In this document: in pieces, positions 54,883 to 64,000 of the stretch
How the letters are laid out: each line of letters opens with the position of its first letter
How positions within the stretch are numbered: position 1 is the stretch's first letter
Assembly (NCBI GenBank): GCA_951406725.2
Contig: OX597827.1
Location: 74,896,001-74,960,000, forward strand
DNA from: Octopus vulgaris
Lineage: Eukaryota
Direction of reading: 5' to 3'
DNA length: 64,000 nt
Notes under the pieces: model-generated
What the model was told of the DNA's origin: nothing
The model's input: only the letters and a program-made list of their open reading frames with translations
Databases searched by the model: none
Translations under genes and position numbers: made by a program

Positions 54883-55017
54883 CTATTTTACAAGTGCCAT
54901 CCTTGTAACCAGCTGGACATCCATGGGGGCATTTTCCATTGACTCTGTCGCAATTCCAACGAAAAGGACAGGTGCATTTCTCTTTACAGCCAGAACCATA
55001 CGATCCCTCAGGACACC
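54883..55017 (-). CDS. Exon B3 of multi-EGF (MEGF10/11/CED-1-like) gene; CPEGSYGSGCKEKCTCPFRWNCDRVNGKCPHGCPAGYKDGTCKI
   Basis: 135 bp; acceptor ttttcag, donor gtaaaa; phase 1-1; pattern C-x8-C-x3-C-x-C-x5-C-x6-C-x3-C-x8-C; lies in ORF 54647..55030. Confidence 0.9.
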   Translation of the reverse strand, partial: GVLRDRMVLAVKRNAPVLFVGIATESMENAPMDVQLVTRMALVK

Positions 55018-58000
55018 CTGAAAAGAACAATTTCTTTTAATATCCACCAGATTTGACGTTACACAGACTCTGTTAAAGTTTAAAATATCAGATACACTTT
55101 ACTGACTACATGAATTAAGAATTAGAAGAGACAAGTTAAAAGCTACCGAAAGAATTATGTGAAGGATTTCCTTACGATGCCATTTATCAAATGCTGTTTC
55201 TGTTTTTGCGGAGTTCACTTTAAAATCAGATACGATGAGCATATCTATAATAGTTGATCGAAAGAGTAAGTGCAAGTCACAGATCTATTACACTTGATAT
55301 ACGAAGCCTTCACCACTTGGTGGGCCTTCGCACTAATACATCCTGAATATGAATTATTGTCAGTTGGGACATGTGTTTCTTTTTTTGCCCAGTCTATTTT
55401 TGTATGCTTGTCGGTTCAAGTGATGAACTCCTCGAGGACAAATGTGAAATCTAGGGAGCGTTTAAGGTGGTTCTTGGAGTTGTTTGGCCCCAAAACAATG
55501 ACCACCCAGATTATTTTCGAGAGTGTATACAGTATCTGAATAGCTAAATTATCTTATGTATTCTTTCTTTGTATACGAGGGTAGTGTGTGATTTGAGGAA
55601 GATTTGGCTACTATTTCTTGCAGGTCAGGATTGTGTGTGTGTGTTTCCCTGGACGGATATTCTCTTCAGAATAGTGTTGAAATTGTTGTTGCTTCGACCA
55701 CTGTTAGCCTTGATCAGATATCTAAGGTATTCCGTCATTCACTGTTAGTTTTAAGTGTAAAATATCTTTTTAAGATGGAGAATGCAATTTGAATGGCATT
55801 TGGCTGCTATTTTTAACAAATCAATCAATCCTACAAAATTTCTTTCGTGGTCCTTTGGTGTTGTAGCAGTGTTGGGCTGTGTAACAGATATGTTTGAAGG
55901 AGTATGAGAGGTTGATATTGCAGTAGTTGTGAAGGCGTTGTGTATGCAAATGTTTGCTAATGGAGTTATAGAGATTGTAAGGGTTAGATTTTGCTGTACC
56001 AACATAATTTGTTCTTCGTTAGCTTTGGAGTGATTTCATTTTTAGGACTAACTTAGAATGAGGAATGAAAGTAACATATGATAGTGATGCATATCTGTTA
56101 TTGGAAGTTATGTGCAGTTTAAGATTAAAAGGAATGGGTAGAGTTTGGATCTTTGTGGTAACTATACTGAATTTCTCTTATATTTCATGGCTTAAATATT
56201 TTTAAAATCTTTACTCTTATCTAAACATATATTTTGAGTAACTACTATACCAATAGTTGCCCCTGTTAAGTACTACTCAACAAAATCGCATATGTCTGCT
56301 TATAAACTGTCCGCTCTACAAGTCAGACACTCAGACTTCAGAAATCCGATCCTTTTCTTCCAAAGACTTGGCGGATTAAACTATCTTCTAATCTCTGTCA
56401 TTAACTCTTTGTTAATTAATCCATTATCTCCAATTTGACAGAGAAATTAGGAGAGGTATTTTATTTCTTCGGAAACTGACCTTCTCTGATGTCTAAATTT
56501 ACTTTTCTTTACTATATATGAACTTCTCTATTTTACGAATTTTAATAATCTTGTAATAATACCCAAACTGGGCGTTGCAATACAATGATTTACCTCGAGG
56601 TGTAATTAGATGTGCCACAACAATAATACAATATTTTAAAGCAGAAAAGACAAAATAATGTACTTAATATAAAGTACTTCCTTTATTTACTAGCATTACA
56701 TGTAAAAAAAAATAGATTGAAGAAGAAATAAGGTATGTATAAATCTCATAAAGATGTGTTAAGTAGCTGTTTTTGTTTCGATTCTGTTTGAAAATTTAAT
56801 TAAATATGACTAGATTTAATACATGCACATCTTCATCATTTTAAACTTTGTGTATCCTATCTCCCACTAAAAGCCGATTTTTTCAAGAAGGAAAAAAAAT
56901 ATTGGATTAGTTCTATATTCTTGACGCCAAAAGGATGAAAGGAAAAATTGGTTTAATCGACTGATACTGATATCTCCCAAATTTTTCGAAGTATGAAATC
57001 TACGGCTGAAAATGAATCTTTAATGTCTTCATAGTCGTATTTGCACTTTAAGATTGAGTGAGAATATAAATTCCAACAGCTATAGTATTCTTGTAAGAAA
57101 ATAGGTACGTTTATCTTTAATAAATTCAAACATTGAAATATATTGATAAAAATATCAATATCGCTTTTCTCATTCATAACTAAATCTATTTACTTAATAA
57201 GGAAGTCAGTACCAAATAGATCCCTCTGGTTTAATTTGTTTATATTTCCTAGTTGTACAAGAAAGTAACTTGAATCTACTACCTCGTCGAACAGCCATTT
57301 AATCAATAGCACACAAAACCGTTAAATCTCATAAAATTTGACGTGATGTTAAACATATTGACACACAACTGCGAATTGGTCACTAACTCAGCATTGCAGT
57401 GGATCTATGTCAAGAACCATTTTACAGCTGCGTGACGAAAATTTTGATACCTCATGAAATAAATTTAGATTTATAATGAATTTGTTGATTTCTTTTTGTT
57501 TCCTTTTGATGAGACGTAGAAAAAAGATACTAAATTGAAAGAATTGTTGCAGTGTATTGCAAATCCTTGCAGTATTTAGCTTTGGCCATTTACGTCTGAA
57601 GTTAACTCTTCATTAGGATCTGAAGTTAACTGACATTAACTCCACTTTTCATCCTTCCAGAATTAATAATATTAAAGACAATTTACCAATACCGGAATTG
57701 GTTTAATCGACTGATACTGATATCTCCCAAATTTTTCGAAGTATGAAACCTACGGCTGAAAATGAATCTTTAATGTCTTCATAGTCGTGTTTGCACTTTA
57801 AGATTGAGTGAGAATATAAATTCCAACAGATATAGTATTCTTGTAAGAAAAAACCCAGGTATTATTAACTTTGAAGCATATTCTACAAAATGTTAACGTA
57901 GTAGTAGTAGTAGTAGTAGTAGCAGTAGCAGTAGCAGCAGCAGCAGCAGCAGCAGGAGGAGGAATTCAAAAACTGGTGGAAGATACGGGGTAATTTATAC

Positions 58001-61000
58001 TCAGAGCAGAGACGATCCGGAATGCGACAGAGTGGTTTCTTCTAAAGGCAGCCAAGGGGTAGGTCACGATGTTAAAATGTTAACGTAGTAGTAGTAGTAG
58101 TAATAGCAGCAGCAGCAACAGCAGGAGGAATTCAAAAACTGGTGGAAGATACAGGGTAATTTATCCTCAGAGCAGAGACGATCCGGAATGCGACAGAGTG
58201 GTTTCTTCTAAAGGCAGCCAAGGGGTAGGTCATGATGTTGAAATGTTAACGTACTAGTAGTAGTAGTAGTAGTAGTAGTAAGTATAATTTTTATGGCCGC
58301 CCTACTAGGGAGACACGGTAACTCGAAGCTCAGTAAGTTGTAGTAGTGTTCATAATTTTTTCGGAATTCTAAGTCACGGTTCTTTCGTTTTTTTTATCAC
58401 CACCTTGTTTGTGACATTGCCTGGACTGCGCTAATAGTATTTTTGCTTAGAAATGCATTCTGTTTTGCAGGGGATGCGCATTAATTTTTTTTTTTTTGGG
58501 GCCAACTAATGGAGAAGACAAATATTTTCTTATTTTCCATATATATTGAAACATGGCCGATAAAGAAGTCATTATAATGTTCGAAGACGGGATGTGTTCC
58601 TTGTCGGAGAAAAAAGTGAATACTGGCATACCATTGACTACAGTATGTGACCACCGTGCCAGCGAAAAAGAAAACCGTGTTGAATTCATCTTCGTCTCTA
58701 AACAATGCTGAAACAGTGAAGTAGCAATTACAGAAAACATACGAAGACGACGGCGACGATGACGACAACAACAACGTCAACAGCAATACCGATGATAACG
58801 AAGTGAAAGTTAAAGAAGGAAAGATAAACAGAGAAAATTTTAAAGGAAACGTGAACATCACTACCGCCATAGACGCCACAACAGCCTCCGCTGCAGCCGC
58901 TAAAGCAGCAAGGGATCCTGGAATTAGGATTTTTTTTATTTTATTTCTTTTTTTTTTGTAAATGCTACGAGAAATCTTGAAGATTTCCCCATCGACGAAG
59001 AAGAATTGAAATTGGCCCAAAAAATCTTTCAAAGAAATGGAGGAAAAGTTTCCCAAAACTCTCCACTCGACGTGATCGGAAACATCTTAAGATACTCGGT
59101 TACATACTGCTGCATTGGAGTAAAATCGCTCCGAATGAAAAATGTTTCTGACAGCTAAATCCAGAAATGCTTTGAATGCGTGTGACAACAGAAGACCCAC
59201 ATCATCCGAGGAAAGAAATTTGGGACGATTGAAGCTATTGCAGCTAACACCTTGCTAAAGCTGTGGTGATGAACATGAAATATCACCAGAAATATCCATC
59301 GCCAGATGGTTAGTGGCCGCCGTCTTGGCAAGAATAGAGGAAGACAACGTGACTATCTTGGAGGTAAAGAAAATACCTCAACAAAACTGGTCATGTATAG
59401 GTATGAAACTAACATTACAATGTATGCAAACCTATTTCGAAGAGCTACCTAACCTAATAGGCCTCCCGGATGGTACTCACCTGTCAGTGTTAATGGAGGG
59501 TAGAAAACCAAGATGCCATATATGTGAACCATTTAAAGGCTTTCTGCCCTCAAGCAAGGAAAACAAAACTCCCACTGCTACCAACATCACAAACACAAAA
59601 TCATGGAGAAACGTGCTCAAGATTCCTTCGCCCACACCAATACAAAGAAGTCTACTCCCGGCTACCACGGAAATCAAGCTTCACCTGGATGTCCTGCATC
59701 CCAAACCAACATCAACAGCAATGATATGGAGAGAGAAGAGCAGACCGAATAATGTATCACTGTGACAAACAGGAAGAGACGAAAGGGGAGGAAAGTACAT
59801 ACACTTGCTCAAGAACACAGCAAGACAAAAGTCAAACACCACTACTGCAACCCAATTCGCAACCACTCCAACAAAAATAACAACGACAACTTTTACAAAA
59901 ACAGGAGCATCTTCAACAATAACTTGAAAACATAGAAACAGCCAATAATGAAACTGCAAAAACAAGAAAATACTTTCAATTTTAGGTGAAATGTATCCAT
60001 CAATTTCACTTTGTGAACAAATGCAACAGTGAATTGATGGATTTTGTAAAGGAAAATAAAATCAAAACTACGACACAGGGAAAGGAATTTAAGGATTTCA
60101 TCTTCAAACCGAAGGACAGATTATTAGTTAAAATGTCCTCAGACTTTTAAAAACACTCAGCGAAAAATTCCTAATTAGTGTGGAATTTTTAAAAATCAAT
60201 TGACAAAAGGCTTTTGGGAGGGCCTTTTAAAAAACATTTGCCAATAGAGAGGCCCGAAACTTCCGGGATTCGCGAAAATCAAGGTGAGCGATTTCTTTTT
60301 CTTTCTGCAACTAGCACGACTATGATGAGAGTTGGGGCGTGAATGTGCGTGGCTTGGGATCAGCTTGGAAGCAAGGACACTTACTCAACGATCTCAGGTT
60401 TCTTGATTTAGATGTGGTTACCATTAGTGAAACAGTTGGGATGTACAGAGCGACAAATCTAAAAACACTACCTTCGCTATTGCTTACATCTAGGGCCATC
60501 AACTTACCATCCAGGCCCAGGAGGATCTGCTGTACCTCGAAATGCAGGCCTTTGCTAAACAGCACTGCCGCTCCTTTTCCCATTCCAAGCCGAAAGATGC
60601 GTAAATCTTAAAATTGTCGAAAATAGGTGTTAGATTGCTGCGTCAGAAGTCCTGGTTTCGCTGACGGCCGTCACATCCGTAGTTAGTAACCTGAGGTCGT
60701 TGAGCAGATAACCTTGCTTCCAGAGCGACCACAAATCATGAACATTTGTACAACTCACTCTTAAGCCCACCATGATGATCGGAAAGAGGTTGAAGAAAAA
60801 CTTAGGCCTACATACTCACCAAGTGCCACTGAAGGTCAGGTGGTTCAAATTCCATATCTTAGGGTTCCTTTGGAAACCCCGTTAAAGGCCTACTCATGGC
60901 TTTTACATTAGGAGTTGCCAATCAGTAGATTTTACATTAGGAGTTCCCTAATGCTTTTAGATGTTTCCACAGTCATACGCACTATCATTAATGTTTCTGT

Positions 61001-61038
61001 CACTAGAACGGTGGTGGCGCCGATGATCTTACCCTCTC

Positions 61039-61168
<130 letters not shown>

Positions 61169-63857
61169 AGATATATAGGGAGAGTTTATGAAAAAAACAA
61201 AAGACGAAGACAGGTGGTGTACAAAACAAACAGATGTATTAGTATAACGCTCAGGAATAGAAAGAATCCTTTACGTTTCGAGCCTACGCTCTTCTACAGA
61301 AAGGGACACAGCAAAAAAACAAGGAGTGAAAAAAAATGTTTATATATATATATATATATAACGGATATATATATATATTTCTTTTCTTCATGCTGTGAGA
61401 GCCCTCCTCACTAGCACTAAGTTTTGTGTTTGTGATTGGTTGTTATTGCTTGGGGTGTTTTCTTTTTTGAATTGTTGCAGTGGTGCTAGTATTGGTGGAG
61501 ATGGTTGTAATAGCAGTGGATGTGTTGGTTATCGTAGTACAAGAGAGGTTGGCGTTACTCTAGGTGTGTTTGTGGATGTTTTGAGCATATTTTCGAGGAT
61601 TTTTGTGTGCGTTGGCAAGGGGAATGATACTTTATGCTTTTTATGTTTCTTTTTCAGGTGGGGTTTCTCCCTCGTTTTCACTTTGTGTTGCAGAGGTATC
61701 AGTATCTGTAGAATCAGAGTGCAAGTCTGTATGTATTTGACCTTAAAGGAGATGGAATGGGGACAGGAGAGGCCGGGCTTCGTTGAAAGGGACACCCTGA
61801 GTGTCGGGTGTATGTTATAATTATTCTTTCTGCTGAGGGTGGTGGTGGTGGTGCATCTGTTACTCACGTTATTGGTATTGTTGATGTTGTTGTATTCCTT
61901 GGTTTCTTCCAGCATTTGCAGACTTTGTTGTTCTTGTTGATGATGCTGTTGTTTCCAGAGTTGTTGCAGCCTTTATTGTTGTTCACTGATAGCTGACTTG
62001 TGGCCTACCGGGACATGTTATTGACAATAAGTAGGCCCTATTGTTCCCTATCTTCTGTTTAGAAGAGAAAGCTTTCTAGTGGCCAACCCCTCAACCTCCA
62101 CGTAGGTGGTGCCATGGCCTTCTAACATCAACTGTAAGATGCAGCAATTCTTCTCCAAGAATACCAAGGAGATCTGGGATCTTGTGGATTGTGTCTGGTT
62201 TAATGTAGAGTAGTACCTTCACACTAATCCCAGACCAATTTCCATGACGGGTTCGCTTCACCTCCAGGCGGCTGTTATTCCCTCCCAATACGACGCACGC
62301 TAAAATCCACCATAAATTTAACTCAGGTGGAATTCTTGAGATCTTCACTCTCACAGTCCTCCTTCCTAATACGATGGATAGAGAAGATGTTTTTCGCTCC
62401 GACAGGGAGCTATAGAGTATTTGACGGCCAGAACTTCAATCTTGAAGAGCAATCAAATACCCACAAATTGCTTGGCTCTCGAGATGTGCTGAATGTCGGA
62501 TATTATTTCTTTCTCCAATGTACGGACACTGAATTATTGCATGCAAGACGGTTTCGTCGCCCTGCATGCATCTCAAGCAGGCTCGGCTGTTGGATCTTCC
62601 ATGCCTGAAGAGTTATTCTCTAACAGGCAATGTCTCACTGTAGTACTGCTATACCAAAGACTTTTAGAAAGTGTCTATGATCTTCGACCCGAAGATCTTC
62701 TGTCAAGGCCTAGATTCAATCCTAAACCATCATCGCTCACACCCTCAACTAGCCCAACGCCCCAGAAATCTTGAGGTGTTTTCCCGGTAACGGTTTTGTG
62801 CAGCTAATGCAATTCAATGAGTTCCTGGCAATATTCTAGATGCCAAATACTCAACTTTGGTCTTCGTTTGATCCACGACTAGAGTTCTGTCAACAAGAAA
62901 TGCTGCAGAAAAGCTCGTTCTTATTTTCCCTGCCATCGTTCACATCATCGCTGTGATTTACATATCTCTGTAGGTGATACAGCTTTAAGACTTGGCACCT
63001 CATCCTCAAAGATGTCATCCCAAGACCACCACAGTGTGAATGCCGGCATCAATTGGTTTTTCTGACCATAACAATCAAAAAAGTAAGCGCTCCAATCTGG
63101 TCTAGGTTGTCTTAGGACAGGTACGACAGTTAGGTGATAGTACACCACCGAGGCAATATATGCATTTGCTATAATGATAATGATTATTTCAAATTTAGGC
63201 ACAAGGCCAGCAAGATCGGGGAAGGGAGTAAATAGATTACATCGACCCCAGTGTTCAACTGATACTTAATTTATTGACCACGAAATGATGAAATGGCAAA
63301 TCGACTTCGACGGAATTTGAACTGAGAACATAAGGTCGAACGAAAATGCTGCTTAGTATTTTACTCGGCATACGAATGATTCTACCAACTCACCATAATA
63401 ATAATAATAATAATAATATATAAAATAATAATAATAATAATAATAATGATAATAATAATAATAATGATGATGATGATGATGATGATGATCATGACGACGA
63501 CGACGATGATTTTGCAACAAGGGCAGCAAGTTTGGGGTAGGTGATGAGTTGATTTCATCGACCTCAGTACTCAACGACTACTTACTTTATCGACCCTGAA
63601 AGGATAAAAGGCAAAGTCGACTTGGGAGTAATTTGAATGTAAAGAAGAAGAAGGAGGAGGAGAGGAGGAGAAGTAGAAGAAGAACCAGAACAACAACAAC
63701 AACAACAACATGATCATCTTTATCATCATTAAGATATTCATGTACTGAGTGCATTAGATACGGAGAGGTAACTTTACCTGTGTGGGTGTTACTTCCACAA
63801 ATTCTAGGATGTTAAACATGTCTGTTGTTCACATTTACTTCCCTCAGTTTTCCTTAA

Positions 63858-64000
63858 TCTCTTATTATAAAAGGCAGATTTTATCTGCCTCCCTTTGTCT
63901 CTTATAGAAATCTACAATATAGGATTTCTTCAATTACAATTTACCTAGCATTTTTAAGAGTAAAATGCATCGGGTCGTGCCAGGTCCAGTTTTTAAAATT
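63858..64000 (+). mobile_element. 5' end of a probable Helitron-like element, copy-3 specific
   Basis: Colinearity breaks at A|TCTCTTATTATAAA; the body matches 20084-20175. Confidence 0.5.

Noticed and set aside
54952-54970. Micro-inversion as the origin of the B3 loop
   Set aside because: Only ~6 nt (GTCCTT) match the reverse complement of the B2 loop, which is not distinguishable from chance

Overview
AT-rich, repeat-dense animal DNA. The SINE types, (TAA)n tracts and R4/Dong LINEs suggest a cephalopod such as Octopus (inference). The window lies inside one large minus-strand gene. I found eight intact GT-AG, phase-1/phase-1 exons of 132-135 bp. Each encodes one 8-Cys EGF-like repeat of the MEGF10/11-CED-1/Draper-SCARF type, and spliced in order they give 357 codons with no stop. 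The exons come from tandem duplication of a ~22-30 kb block carrying three exon types (C-B-A). About three copies are visible, with A exons at 1436, 31973 and 53930. The main signal is that paralogous introns are nearly identical (177 bp next to the A exons are identical in all three copies) while paralogous exons differ by about 7-24%, almost entirely through amino-acid-changing substitutions around an invariant Cys/Gly scaffold. This suggests an expanding, diversifying recognition receptor. The introns hold shared and copy-specific mobile elements (Gypsy LTR, non-autonomous LTR, mariner, Merlin, R4/Dong LINEs, Tx1/L1-like fragments, Helitron-like elements, SINEs) and many microhomology-bounded rearrangements. 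All counts were made by eye and should be confirmed by alignment.
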